Under the pieces are notes generated by a model. The model had not been told where the DNA came from. It did not search any database and worked only from the letters and a program-made list of their open reading frames with translations. Made by a program: the position numbers and the translations under genes. A stretch of DNA of 64,000 nucleotides. It comes from a virus (Duplodnaviria; Heunggongvirae; Uroviricota; Caudoviricetes). Shown here piece after piece: positions 18,952 to 28,148 of this stretch; position 1 is the first letter of the stretch; each line of letters opens with the position of its first letter. Location: the IMG/VR virus record IMGVR_UViG_3300009514_000009. One strand, given 5' to 3'.

Positions 18952-19343
18952 TGCTTCCGATCCCCGAAGTCTCCGACGTGGAGATGGCCTTCCCGACCAG
19001 CGCCCACTGCCCGAAGTGGGAGGACGTGCCGGTGGAGTTCAAGCGCGGCGAGCGATACGAGAACACCGACCACCCGTGGTGCAAGGTCGCGAGCGCATTC
19101 GCTTTGGGCCTGAAGCCCACTACCGAGTGGCAGGCGTTGCCGAAGGAAGGGGTGGACCCGGAGAAGGCGTGGAGGGCCGTCCACGAGACACTGGGCAGCT
19201 ACCGCGACCGGGTGGAGATCAAGATCGCCTCTGCCGCCTACATGCTGAGCGAGTGGTTCGACGACTGCTGGTTCAAGGGCGACACCCACACCGCCATCAA
19301 GGGCCTCGACCTCTCCACCCTGTTCGACGAGGACGACGCATGA
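18951..19343 (+). CDS. Hypothetical protein.
   Basis: 130 aa; the start overlaps the upstream stop. Confidence 0.5.
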   Translation: MLPIPEVSDVEMAFPTSAHCPKWEDVPVEFKRGERYENTDHPWCKVASAFALGLKPTTEWQALPKEGVDPEKAWRAVHETLGSYRDRVEIKIASAAYMLSEWFDDCWFKGDTHTAIKGLDLSTLFDEDDA

Positions 19344-19921
19344 GCACCACCATCGACGTGGGCTTCTGGCCCACCGTGCCCGGCCCGCCGCCCAGCAACA
19401 TGGAGCGACAGCACCTGCCCGAGAAGTCCGCGCTCATGGATCAGGACATCGCGGCGGCCAAGGCCATCCGTGACGCGGCCCTCCGCGAGGCCCATGACCC
19501 GGTGTGGAAGTTCGACAATCCCGAGGTGTTCGCCGTGGTCCTCGCGTACCTGAACAACCCCGAGCGGACGAAGGGCTACCGCGGGTCCGCGAGTTGCCGC
19601 ATCTGCGGGTGCGGCAACGGGTCGCAGGACTGGTTCAAGGGGCCGTTCCGCTACCCGCAGGGCTACGTCCACTACCTCGTCGAGCACGACTTCAAGCCGC
19701 CACAGGCTGTGATCGACGCCGCGATGCAAGCAATGACGGATGCCCTCTCCCGCCGGTTCGCCGAGGAGCAGGCCATCAAGGCGGTGCCCAAGCGGCTTCG
19801 TCAGCGACAAGACGCACTGGACAACCAACTGCGCACGCTGCTCGCGATGGCGACCCGTGCGGGTTGCTACGACGCAGCCGACTGGCTCAAGGAGGCGATG
19901 AAGTCATGCCAAAAACCCTGA
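19340..19921 (+). CDS. Hypothetical protein.
   Basis: Start MSTTIDVGFW (ATGA overlap). The listed 475 aa ORF is an upstream R/P-rich extension. Confidence 0.5.
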   Translation: MSTTIDVGFWPTVPGPPPSNMERQHLPEKSALMDQDIAAAKAIRDAALREAHDPVWKFDNPEVFAVVLAYLNNPERTKGYRGSASCRICGCGNGSQDWFKGPFRYPQGYVHYLVEHDFKPPQAVIDAAMQAMTDALSRRFAEEQAIKAVPKRLRQRQDALDNQLRTLLAMATRAGCYDAADWLKEAMKSCQKP

Positions 19922-20175
19922 CCGAAGAAGCTCTGCGCGACATCCTGCCCGAGGGGAGCTGGCCCCAAGTCGAGAAGTGGCTCGACCGCGGCGACGGGGT
20001 GGCCGTCTATCAGAACGCCGCCCTCGACAGTGCCGGGATGGGCGACCGTAAGTTCGTGAGCTTCGGCTCCCCGTATGCCCTGCTCACCGATGCCGAGCCC
20101 CCAACCCGGCTGCCGGACATCGGCCCCCAGATCAACTGGAACTTCCAGCTTGAGGCCACCCATCGGAGGCACTGA
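19906..20175 (+). CDS. Hypothetical protein.
   Basis: MPKTLTEEALRDILPEGSWPQVEKWLDRGDG... Confidence 0.45.
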   Translation: MPKTLTEEALRDILPEGSWPQVEKWLDRGDGVAVYQNAALDSAGMGDRKFVSFGSPYALLTDAEPPTRLPDIGPQINWNFQLEATHRRH

Positions 20176-20555
20176 TGCCAGAACCACCTCCAGATCTCAG
20201 GGTCGGAGGGTGGGGTCTCAGAGGCCCTACTTCAGCAGGCACCCTGATGCCCCGATCTCTCAGCTTGATCTGCTGTCTGCTCTTGGTGCTCTTGCTGCTC
20301 CCGGCACAGGCCGCAGCCGATGTGGTCTTCGTGACCCCACACAGGTCACAAGCCGACGTGCTGGTGTTCGTGACGACGCATGGGGGCACGCCCATCTGGC
20401 GGGCACCTCGCCGGTCGGCGGCCAGAGATTCTTGTGCATGGTGGGTGACGCTGCACCGCAGCCGGGCCGATAGGGTGGTGGTCTACACGACCAACCGGGC
20501 TGAGGCCGGGCTGGTCATCCGGTGGGTCACGCGGCGGTCGGCAGCCTGCCGCTGA
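20175..20555 (+). CDS. Small secreted protein with internal repeats.
   Basis: Signal-like LSLICCLLLVLLLLPAQAAA. Repeated VVFVTPHRSQADVLVFVTTHGG / VVVYTTNRAEAGLVIRWVTRRS units. Confidence 0.4.
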   Translation: MPEPPPDLRVGGWGLRGPTSAGTLMPRSLSLICCLLLVLLLLPAQAAADVVFVTPHRSQADVLVFVTTHGGTPIWRAPRRSAARDSCAWWVTLHRSRADRVVVYTTNRAEAGLVIRWVTRRSAACR

Positions 20556-20606
20556 GCCTTAGTCCTTCTATACCTCGGGACAGGCAGAGCCCTGCGGGAG
20601 GTGTAG

Positions 20607-22037
20607 ATGAACCGGCAAGCATTCCAGAGCAGCGTAGATCGACTGGCCCGGCGGGAGCTGCGGCGACGGATCGCCGCAGTCGATCTGGACATTGCGACGC
20701 CGCAAGAGCGCAGCAAGATCATCCAGTTCGTCGCGGCCATCGTGGACTCCATGTCCGATTCCGACGTGGCCTACGGCACCTACGCCATGACCGCCTTGCC
20801 GGACGACCGGGACCTCAAGAAGCTGCAAGATGCCCTGACCGCGGCCTACCGCAAGCGCCTCCTCAAGTGGTTCACCCACGCCATCCAGATCCGGGCGAAG
20901 CAGGGCGGTGGAGGCACGGGCCTCAAGAACCTCAAGGCGGGCATCGTCGCCTTCATCGAGAACCTGCCGCACCAGCTCGTGCGGGGCTACTCGCCGATGT
21001 CGGCGTTCGTCCGGGGCAACGTCACCGAGATCGTGGACGACGCCAAGCTCGATGCGGCCAGTGCCAAGATCTTCAGGGTCGTCGCGGCGGAGGCAGGGAA
21101 GTCCGGGCTGAACGTCCGCATCGCCCGAGCAGGCCAGCTCACGTTGGAGTGGGACGCGGCCAATCGCGTCTGGTTCATCCCCCCGAACCCCAAGACCTTC
21201 GACATCAAGGTCCAGCTCAGTCGCGGTGGGTTCCGCTGGAACAACCCCAAGCGACGTTGGGAGGGTCCGCGGCTCACTCCGGCCATCAAGAAACTGATCC
21301 CTGACCAGCGGGCGACCCCAGCTCCTGCTCCGGCGGCTCCTGCTGGGCCAGCGACGCTCGTGGACGAGGTGGCGGACTGGTTCTTTGACACTTGGCTGCC
21401 GCGGAACATCAAGCGGTTCGACACGGTGTTCAACGCCTACATCAAGTCGGATGAGACGAGCTATGCCTTCACGTTCAGCCTCAAGGCCCGCAAGGTCGTG
21501 GTCACGGTGGACCGTGACCTGAAAGGCCCCAAGGATGCCGTCGAGGAGCTGCGCTACCGCTACCTTGGTCGGCAGGGTCGCGGGCCGTGGTTGGAGGTGC
21601 TCGACCGCTACGTCGAGCTGACCAAGACGACGACCACGCGCAAGGTCGTCATGCTCATCGACCGGATGAACAACCTCCAGCACAGCAACGGGCTGTTCAT
21701 GGAGCACTTCCCGAAGTCCGTGCAGAGCTGGTACGAGCAGTTCCTCAACCGCAAGTACAGCGCAAAGAGCGCCCACGTTCTCGCCGGGTTCATCCACGAC
21801 TCGGACCTGCGGGACGTGATCCGGTGGCATGACTTCGCGAACAAGCCGACGTTCCGCGACCGCGGACAAGGCGCACCCGCCATCCCCATCGAGAAGAAGA
21901 ACCTGCCCGAAGGGCAGAACTGGCGGGCGAGGGGCTATCCCCGCGAACGGGGCTTCAAGCAGCCCGCCCGGCGGTCACCCGAGGTGCAGCGAGACCTCAG
22001 CGGCATCCCGAACGTCTGGGAGCCGCAGAAGCCCTAG
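20607..22037 (+). CDS. Large hypothetical protein (476 aa).
   Basis: Complex composition. No recognisable motif. Confidence 0.6.
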   Translation: MNRQAFQSSVDRLARRELRRRIAAVDLDIATPQERSKIIQFVAAIVDSMSDSDVAYGTYAMTALPDDRDLKKLQDALTAAYRKRLLKWFTHAIQIRAKQGGGGTGLKNLKAGIVAFIENLPHQLVRGYSPMSAFVRGNVTEIVDDAKLDAASAKIFRVVAAEAGKSGLNVRIARAGQLTLEWDAANRVWFIPPNPKTFDIKVQLSRGGFRWNNPKRRWEGPRLTPAIKKLIPDQRATPAPAPAAPAGPATLVDEVADWFFDTWLPRNIKRFDTVFNAYIKSDETSYAFTFSLKARKVVVTVDRDLKGPKDAVEELRYRYLGRQGRGPWLEVLDRYVELTKTTTTRKVVMLIDRMNNLQHSNGLFMEHFPKSVQSWYEQFLNRKYSAKSAHVLAGFIHDSDLRDVIRWHDFANKPTFRDRGQGAPAIPIEKKNLPEGQNWRARGYPRERGFKQPARRSPEVQRDLSGIPNVWEPQKP

Positions 22038-22480
22038 CAGAGCTTCATCTGGCGGCGGTCCCTCCACCATCGCTTGAGCGACGCCTGAGCCGTGTTCACG
22101 GGCATCCGCGTGGCGTCCTTCACCAGTGCGATGGCCTCATTGACCTCGGCGACCTTGCCCATGTGCAGCAGCACGGCGGCTGCCGCGCAGGCGCTCCGGC
22201 TCACACCCCGTCCGCAGTGGATTAGGACGCGGCGGCCTTGGTCGAGGCAGCCCTCGGCCAGCTCGACGATCATGTCGAGGTCGTCGGCTTCCCAGCGGTG
22301 GGTGTGCGTGCCAGTCGGCGGGATGTGCAGCACCTTGCTCAGGTGCTCGTGGCTCAGCCCCTCGACCGTGCAGTCGAAGATGTCGTCGAACTGCGCACCG
22401 ATGGCGGGCACTTCTCGCTTGCCAGCGATCATCAGGGGCAGGTTCTGTAGGGGCTGTCGCATCACGTAGTCCTCCGTCAC
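22034..22480 (-). CDS. Dual-specificity/tyrosine protein phosphatase.
   Basis: VLIHCGRGVSRSA is the HCxxGxxRS P-loop. Confidence 0.75.
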   Translation of the reverse strand: MTEDYVMRQPLQNLPLMIAGKREVPAIGAQFDDIFDCTVEGLSHEHLSKVLHIPPTGTHTHRWEADDLDMIVELAEGCLDQGRRVLIHCGRGVSRSACAAAAVLLHMGKVAEVNEAIALVKDATRMPVNTAQASLKRWWRDRRQMKLC

Positions 22481-22535
22481 CCCTACTACTGGCCACCCCG
22501 AGGTTTTGAGCCCCCCGGAGTGGCCGAAGACCCGG
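22481..22535 (-). promoter_or_regulatory. Conserved promoter/leader motif copy (reverse orientation).
   Basis: Reverse complement of 22475-22530 reads GGGGCTCAAAACCTCGGGGTGGCCAGTAGTAGGGGTGACGGAGGACTACGTG then ATG. Confidence 0.6.
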
Positions 22536-22538
22536 ACG

Positions 22539-22763
22539 CTACCGGGTCTGCGACGGGGACGCCTTGAAGCGCAGGACGCTCTTGGCGGGCACGTCCACCG
22601 TGCCGCCGGTCGCCGGGTTGCGGGCGACCTTCGCCGCGACGTGCTTGCGCTTGAAGGTGCCGAAGCCGCGGATGGTCAGGTCGTCGCCGTCGCTGGCCGT
22701 CTCGCGCTCGATGATCTCGACGGCGTTCTTGATGGTCTGCTTCTCGTCGTTGCTCAGGGCCAT
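22539..22763 (-). CDS. HU/IHF family DNA-binding protein (short form).
   Basis: RGFGTFKRKHVAAKVARNPATGGTVDVPAKSVLRFKAS is the HU beta-arm signature. Confidence 0.75.
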   Translation of the reverse strand: MALSNDEKQTIKNAVEIIERETASDGDDLTIRGFGTFKRKHVAAKVARNPATGGTVDVPAKSVLRFKASPSQTR

Positions 22764-22837
22764 GGTGTGCCTCTCCTTGGTGTTTCCCCGATGGTGGGGC
22801 GAACACCCTACCCACGTTGAAGGAAGGATGAACCCCC

Positions 22838-23449
22838 CTAGTCGCCGAAGGCTGCCCAGATGGCCTCGACGAGAGCCTTGCAGTCGTCGCGGTTGAACCT
22901 GCCGATGTGGGCGTCCTCGACGCTCTTGCCCAAGGCCTGCTGCATCCAAGCGTAGGCTGCCTCCCGGCTGTCGAACACGGCTGCGGGACCGTTCCACAGC
23001 GGGTCGAAGGCGTTGTGGGCCGCCATCCGCATCTTCTTGGTGCGGTCGTCCGCGGGGATGCCCAAGGGGCGACCGTCAGGGTGTGCTCCGTGGCTTCCCT
23101 TGCACCCGGTCTTGCCCCACTCCGTGCAGCCGTAGAACAGGCCGTAGTGTGACTCCTTGAGCCGCATCGGGGCTCCGCACTCGGGGCAGTCGAGCTGCAC
23201 CCAGCCCGGTGGAGGCGACCGCACAGGCCGCTGCCGGGGGTTGGGCGGAGGCAGCTTGGGGAGGAGCGGGTTGGCAGGGGTGCCGTGTTTGTCGCGGATG
23301 TGATCCGCCAGCCCGACCTTCTTCACCCCGCAGTGAGGGCAGGTCTGCTTGGGCTTCTGCGGCGAGGTTCGGGGCCGGGACGACAAGCGGCGGCCTCCGG
23401 TGAAGTTGGCGTTCGGGTCCACCCAGTCGTCGTAGTAGCTCACGGTCAA
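22838..23449 (-). CDS. Zinc-ribbon protein (topoisomerase-type C4 ribbon).
   Basis: CPHCG...CPECGAPMRLKESHYGLFYGCTEWGKTGC. Confidence 0.55.
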   Translation of the reverse strand: MTVSYYDDWVDPNANFTGGRRLSSRPRTSPQKPKQTCPHCGVKKVGLADHIRDKHGTPANPLLPKLPPPNPRQRPVRSPPPGWVQLDCPECGAPMRLKESHYGLFYGCTEWGKTGCKGSHGAHPDGRPLGIPADDRTKKMRMAAHNAFDPLWNGPAAVFDSREAAYAWMQQALGKSVEDAHIGRFNRDDCKALVEAIWAAFGD

Positions 23450-23455
23450 CGGCCC

Positions 23456-23926
23456 CTACTTGCGGAAGGCCTCGACCACCGCGTCAGCCATCCTTTCCAT
23501 CCAGCCGCTGCCCTTGAACTGCTCCGACAGGGCAACGCGGGTCCAGTCCTTGAACCGGGGGAAGTCGTTGAACTGCATCTGCCGAATCTGGTCGAAGCAC
23601 TTCGGGTGCTTGCTCTTGTAGATCGCGATGCAGCGACCTCGCTTGAACCCGTTGTCGTCCACCCCAACGACCACGGCGGTCGCTTCGTCAGGGTCCGTCA
23701 AACAGCGAAGGGCCTCGTGGCCCGGCGAGTGGTGGTAAACCACCAGAGGGAACGGGAGCACGCCGTCCGGCAGCACATCGAGCGTCGGATGCCGTTGCAT
23801 GATCTTGTCCGCGAGGGATGACGCCTCCAATCGGGGCTTGTTTGGGGTGAACCTGAGAGACACCATGAAGGCCGTTTTGCGGTCGTGTCCGCTGGTTCCG
23901 ATGTCGCTTTGGCGAATTGTGATCAT
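23456..23926 (-). CDS. Hypothetical protein.
   Basis: 156 aa. A motif copy lies at 23927-23985. Confidence 0.5.
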   Translation of the reverse strand: MITIRQSDIGTSGHDRKTAFMVSLRFTPNKPRLEASSLADKIMQRHPTLDVLPDGVLPFPLVVYHHSPGHEALRCLTDPDEATAVVVGVDDNGFKRGRCIAIYKSKHPKCFDQIRQMQFNDFPRFKDWTRVALSEQFKGSGWMERMADAVVEAFRK

Positions 23927-24876
23927 GGATCATGTCCTCCTGTTGACGCCTCCACTACTGGCCAACGGCAGGATTTGAGCCCCCCTTCACCAACGCGCTC
24001 GGGCGGCAACCCCATCTCGTTGCAGAGCAGGCGGAGATTGATGCCGCGTGCGCGGAGCCAGCGGTCCCACCGCTTCCAATCATTGTCCATACTCTGGCGG
24101 GGTCGCTTGTTGTGTTCTGCGTAGAAGGCCCGGATCTCGGCTCGGGCACGATCCATCGTGCGGTCCAAATCGAGGCCGCCGGGCAGGTCCATCTCGTCGC
24201 AGAGCAGGCGGAGGGTGGTGCTCTGTTGGGTGCGGAGCCAGCAGTCCCACAAGTGCCACTCCTTGTCGATTGTGGTGGGCCGTTTGTTGTGTTCTGCGTA
24301 GAAGGCCCGGATCTCGGCTTTGGCCCGCTCCATCGTGCGGTTGTAGTCCCTGCCGCCCGGCAAGCCCATCTCGTCGCAGAGCTGGCACAGGCTGGTGTCT
24401 CTCTTACGGAGCCAGTCAGCCCATCGCCGCCATTCGACGTTGACATGCTTGGTTGGTCGGGTGCCGTGTTCTGCGTAGAAGGCCCTGATCTCGGCTCTGG
24501 CCCGGCCCATCGTGCGGTCGTAGTCCCTGCTGCCCGACAGGGCCAGCTCGTTGCAGAGCTGGCTGAGACTGGTGCCCTGCCTGTTCAACCAATCGTCCCA
24601 TTGCCGCCATCTTCTACTGGTCGGGACAGTAGGTCGCCTCCCATGCTCATCGTAGTGGTCTTGGATCTCGGCTCGGGCACGGTCTATCGAGCGGTCGTAG
24701 TCCCTGCCGCCCGGCAAGCCCATCTCATCGCAGACGGTGCGGAGGGTGTGTCCCCATCGACCAAGGGTGAGGTTGACCTGACTCCACCAAGAGCTATCCC
24801 CCTTGAGGGGCCTCTCACCGTATTGGTCGAACCAGATCTGGATGCGAGCACGGGCACAGTCTACCGTGAGTCTCAT
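23923..24876 (-). CDS. Tandem-repeat protein made of five ~60 aa repeats.
   Basis: The unit RDYDRTMxRAxAEIRAFYAEHxxRPT...W..W..WLR...SLxQLCDEMGLPGG recurs five times, giving a ~186 bp DNA periodicity. Confidence 0.6.
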   Translation of the reverse strand: MRLTVDCARARIQIWFDQYGERPLKGDSSWWSQVNLTLGRWGHTLRTVCDEMGLPGGRDYDRSIDRARAEIQDHYDEHGRRPTVPTSRRWRQWDDWLNRQGTSLSQLCNELALSGSRDYDRTMGRARAEIRAFYAEHGTRPTKHVNVEWRRWADWLRKRDTSLCQLCDEMGLPGGRDYNRTMERAKAEIRAFYAEHNKRPTTIDKEWHLWDCWLRTQQSTTLRLLCDEMDLPGGLDLDRTMDRARAEIRAFYAEHNKRPRQSMDNDWKRWDRWLRARGINLRLLCNEMGLPPERVGEGGLKSCRWPVVEASTGGHDP

Positions 24877-25679
24877 CCCTTGCGGACTTGGACCGCGAGC
24901 TTGGGCAGGAACTCCTCGGCCTTGGCCCGGATGTGGGTCATCCCGTCCAGCTCACCCGCGTTCGGGTCGATGTTGAACATGGGCACGGCTGACTGGTAGG
25001 CCGCGGTCATCATCATGTCGGTGATCGTCACCGCGAACGAGGTGCCTGCGAAGATGAGCACCGTCATCTGGTCCATGAGCCGCTCGATATGGTCCATGCC
25101 GTAGGCGTAGTGCCCAGAGTAGCTCTCGTCGAACCACAGGACGTGGGCTCGCAGGTACTTCGCGCACAGCGGGCAGCGAGGCACCGTTTCCAAGCACGGA
25201 TTCTTGCGGAACTCGGCGAGCAAACCTTCGTCCCAGTCGATGAGCCCCTTGGGCGGCCCCTTCTCGCAGTAGCGGTTGGTGCAGCGCATGTACCGAGCCG
25301 CACCATGGCACTCGGTGACGTGGCGGCTGCCAGCCTTGAGGTGTAAGCCGTCCACGTTCTGCGTGATCAGGTCGAACCCCCGGTCCTGCGCCTTGTGCCA
25401 CTGCTCGATGTCGGCGATGGCTTGATGCGCAGGGTTGGGCTCGGCTGCACGGCACTTGTCGAACCGGCTCAAGTACCAGCTCCACGACTGGTCCGGGTGC
25501 CGGAGGAAGAAGGCGTTGGTCCCCTTGTCCAGTACGTCCTGCTCCCACACCGCATCAGCCGTTCCTCGGAACGGGGCGATGCCGGAGGCGATGGAGATAC
25601 CCGCCCCGGTCACGAAGACGGCGTGGGAGTTGTCGGCCCTGAACAGCTCCAGCAGTTGCTCGGTGGCAGTCACACTCAC
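24873..25679 (-). CDS. SIR2-family (CobB-like sirtuin) NAD-dependent deacylase / ADP-ribosyltransferase.
   Basis: GAGISIASGIAPFRG, QNVDGLH and a CxxC...CxxC zinc module. GTG start overlaps the upstream TGA. The ORF-track N-terminus is R-rich artefact. Confidence 0.8.
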   Translation of the reverse strand: MSVTATEQLLELFRADNSHAVFVTGAGISIASGIAPFRGTADAVWEQDVLDKGTNAFFLRHPDQSWSWYLSRFDKCRAAEPNPAHQAIADIEQWHKAQDRGFDLITQNVDGLHLKAGSRHVTECHGAARYMRCTNRYCEKGPPKGLIDWDEGLLAEFRKNPCLETVPRCPLCAKYLRAHVLWFDESYSGHYAYGMDHIERLMDQMTVLIFAGTSFAVTITDMMMTAAYQSAVPMFNIDPNAGELDGMTHIRAKAEEFLPKLAVQVRKG

Positions 25680-26077
25680 TGGAGTGTCTCCCCGCCGACC
25701 TCGGGCAGGGCCTCGGCGGGCACGGCCTCCCCCTCGGCCACGAGCACGTCGAACAGCTTCATGTGGTAGCCATTGCCCGTCTCCTTGGTCCCCTGCCACA
25801 CGATGCGCACAGGGTGGCCCACAGGAGCCAGCGAGGCGTCCATGAGCTGGATGACCCGCGTGCCAGACACCATGTAGCTCCGGTCGAGCGGGACGTGGAC
25901 GATGATGACCTCGTACTGCCCGTGAGGGCCGTCCCGAAGGCTCTTGCCACCGTAGAACCCGACCAGCTCGGTGCCGATCTCCTCGGGCCTCCACGAGATG
26001 GGGGTGGCGACCTGCCGCCACTTGTACTGCTCGCGGATGCGCTCTGCGCTCCGGCTCTCCAACGTCGTGTCGCTCAT
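25676..26077 (-). CDS. Hypothetical protein, translationally coupled to the sirtuin gene.
   Basis: Start MSDTTLESRSAERIREQYK. Confidence 0.5.
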   Translation of the reverse strand: MSDTTLESRSAERIREQYKWRQVATPISWRPEEIGTELVGFYGGKSLRDGPHGQYEVIIVHVPLDRSYMVSGTRVIQLMDASLAPVGHPVRIVWQGTKETGNGYHMKLFDVLVAEGEAVPAEALPEVGGETLQ

Positions 26078-26271
26078 ACCAGCTCCAGTTCTTCGGCCTT
26101 CCACTGCGGGATGATGAGCGTCCCCGTGTCGCCCCGAACCGACTTCGCGTTGATGTCGGATTCTTCGTCGATGAGGCTGAACGGCACCCACCCCTCGGTG
26201 TCCCCGTCTGTCACCAGCAGAGCTGCCTCGCCCTTTGCCTTCACTTCCACGTCGATCTCAGCCATGGCCAT
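26074..26271 (-). CDS. Small acidic protein.
   Basis: 65 aa. ATGA overlap with the downstream gene. Confidence 0.4.
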   Translation of the reverse strand: MAMAEIDVEVKAKGEAALLVTDGDTEGWVPFSLIDEESDINAKSVRGDTGTLIIPQWKAEELELV

Positions 26272-26272
26272 G

Positions 26273-26689
26273 TCAGTCCCCCCGTAGCAGGTCGTTGATG
26301 TCCCGCACCTGCGGCACGGGCTTGCGCTTGAGTGCGCGGTTGATGGCCTCGACGACGCCGAGCAGGTACTCCTTCGCGCCCTTGATGGCCTTGATCAGCT
26401 CCGCCTCGTCCTTCGTGCGCAGCTCGTGGATGAGCACCTTGGTCACCCGCTTCTGGCCCGCAGGGATGATCCTCTGCAAGAACCTGAAGTGCAGGTCACG
26501 GTCGCCACTGCTCCGGCGGCCTGCCAAGATGACCCGGATCTCGTACTCGTTGAACTTCACCTCGGCGTGGAACGAGCCGCCCATCGAGTTCGGACAATGC
26601 ACGTCGCAGCCCTTGAACACGTCTTCCAGCAGGGCCTTCACGTCGAGGATGCCGAGGGGCTTGTCGTCTGGATCGTCGCTCATGCTCAC
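26273..26689 (-). CDS. Hypothetical protein.
   Basis: 138 aa. Confidence 0.5.
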   Translation of the reverse strand: MSMSDDPDDKPLGILDVKALLEDVFKGCDVHCPNSMGGSFHAEVKFNEYEIRVILAGRRSSGDRDLHFRFLQRIIPAGQKRVTKVLIHELRTKDEAELIKAIKGAKEYLLGVVEAINRALKRKPVPQVRDINDLLRGD

Positions 26690-26690
26690 C

Positions 26691-27215
26691 TCACAACACC
26701 CGGTCGCCGGGCCACTCGGTGACCACCGACCGGATCTTGCCGGTCAAGGTCAGGTAGTCCGCGGTCCCCTTCAACGCCTCTAGCGCATTGTCGTCTTCGA
26801 CCATCACCTGCCACCCGCTGTTGGCGTGCCGCTTGATGATGCAGTCCCGTTGGCCGGGGTCGATGCCCTCGTAGGCTTCGCTCAACGTCTTCAGCAGCTT
26901 GGGCGTGATCCGCAGCCACCCCACTGGATGGGCCATGTTCGACACGAAGCCGATGACCAGCCCGTAGACGTAGGCGTCCCGCCTGCTTCGCTGCACGTTG
27001 ACCACCACTGGAGCGCGGGTCTCTGGCCTCGCCCACGAATGCTCCGGCGGTGCCCACGACACACGCAGTTCGTCACCGGGGTTGATGCGCAAGAACCTCG
27101 TCGGCGTGGGGAAGTTGCTCAACCCCTTCACCTTGAAGGGGAACCCGGACACCGCGGGTGGGGCCACCGGGTCGAGGGGGTCGTCCCAGAATGTTGGGTC
27201 AAGGGGCATGGCCAC
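26691..27215 (-). CDS. Protein of the MPLxPxFW(D/E)(D/E) family.
   Basis: Begins MAMPLDPTFWDDPLDP. Confidence 0.5.
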   Translation of the reverse strand: MAMPLDPTFWDDPLDPVAPPAVSGFPFKVKGLSNFPTPTRFLRINPGDELRVSWAPPEHSWARPETRAPVVVNVQRSRRDAYVYGLVIGFVSNMAHPVGWLRITPKLLKTLSEAYEGIDPGQRDCIIKRHANSGWQVMVEDDNALEALKGTADYLTLTGKIRSVVTEWPGDRVL

Positions 27216-27216
27216 C

Positions 27217-28146
27217 CTACCCCTTGGTCGGCTCGACTGGACCCTCCCCGTAGGGGCCGGTCAGGGTGAGGACGTGCTTCGACTCCTCGTCTGCGGCCCG
27301 CAGGAACGTGCAGTTGGCCTTGGGCTCCCCGTTCCCTACCCAGATCGTCCGACCGCTCAGATTGTGGATGGCCTCGTAGCGCAGCGTGTAGTGGTCGTCT
27401 CGGTCCTCGATGCACACGCATGGCCCGAACCGCTTGGACTCCATCCAGTCGCCGGGCTTGATGGGCAGGGGGGCCTCTGCCGCCGTCTGGTACTTGGCGA
27501 TGATGGCCTCGGCCTTGACCCGCAGCTCGTCGAGGGTGCCGTCGTTGATGATGTGCTCGTCCACGATGGCTTGGAACGATGGCTGGAGTCGGGCCGTCTC
27601 GCTGGCGTGCGTCAGCACCTTGGCCTCGACGAGATCTTCAGGGCGCAGCACCTCGATGATGATGCCGCCGACCGCCTCCACTGCCTCGATGTCCCGCAAG
27701 AAACGGCAGTCCGTGATGAGGGCCACTCCGCGGTGGGCCTCCGCCTCCCGAGCGGCCCGCAGGGCATAGATGGCTGGGAAGGTGGCCTCGGCGAACTCGC
27801 CCCCGAGCTGCTGCATCGCGTGGCGTGGGGTAAGCCCGATGTGCCCGGTCGCACCGCAGTGCTGGCAGTCCGTCTGCTTGTTGAACGGGGGGTCGTTGAA
27901 CTGCGCGCTGTACGGCACCTTGCCGCCGCCTCGGCAGCCTTGGCAGGTGACCGGATACCGCTCGTCGGGCACGTCCTTGAGGTCGCCGTCCGTGTGCTCC
28001 TCGGTCCAGTCGAACAGGTCGCGCAGGTACGCCTTGAGTGGCCCCGCGATCTGAATGCGCTTGACGACCCGTCCCGAGGCTTCCCCCAGCATTGTGGCGA
28101 AGGTGTCCTTTCCAGTGCGGGCGCGGCCCGTAATCCCCAAAATCAT
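27217..28146 (-). CDS. Deoxynucleoside-monophosphate kinase-like P-loop protein (T4 gp1-like N-terminus).
   Basis: MILGITGRARTGKDTFA is a Walker A resembling T4 dNMP kinase. The listed N-terminal extension is spurious. Confidence 0.6.
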   Translation of the reverse strand: MILGITGRARTGKDTFATMLGEASGRVVKRIQIAGPLKAYLRDLFDWTEEHTDGDLKDVPDERYPVTCQGCRGGGKVPYSAQFNDPPFNKQTDCQHCGATGHIGLTPRHAMQQLGGEFAEATFPAIYALRAAREAEAHRGVALITDCRFLRDIEAVEAVGGIIIEVLRPEDLVEAKVLTHASETARLQPSFQAIVDEHIINDGTLDELRVKAEAIIAKYQTAAEAPLPIKPGDWMESKRFGPCVCIEDRDDHYTLRYEAIHNLSGRTIWVGNGEPKANCTFLRAADEESKHVLTLTGPYGEGPVEPTKG

Positions 28147-28148
28147 GC

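Noticed and set aside
22539-22997. The 152-aa ORF track version of the HU gene.
   Set aside because: The first ~78 residues are R/G/P-rich. The HU-like sequence starts at MALSNDEK (ATG at 22763), which has an SD-like GGAGAGGCAC upstream.
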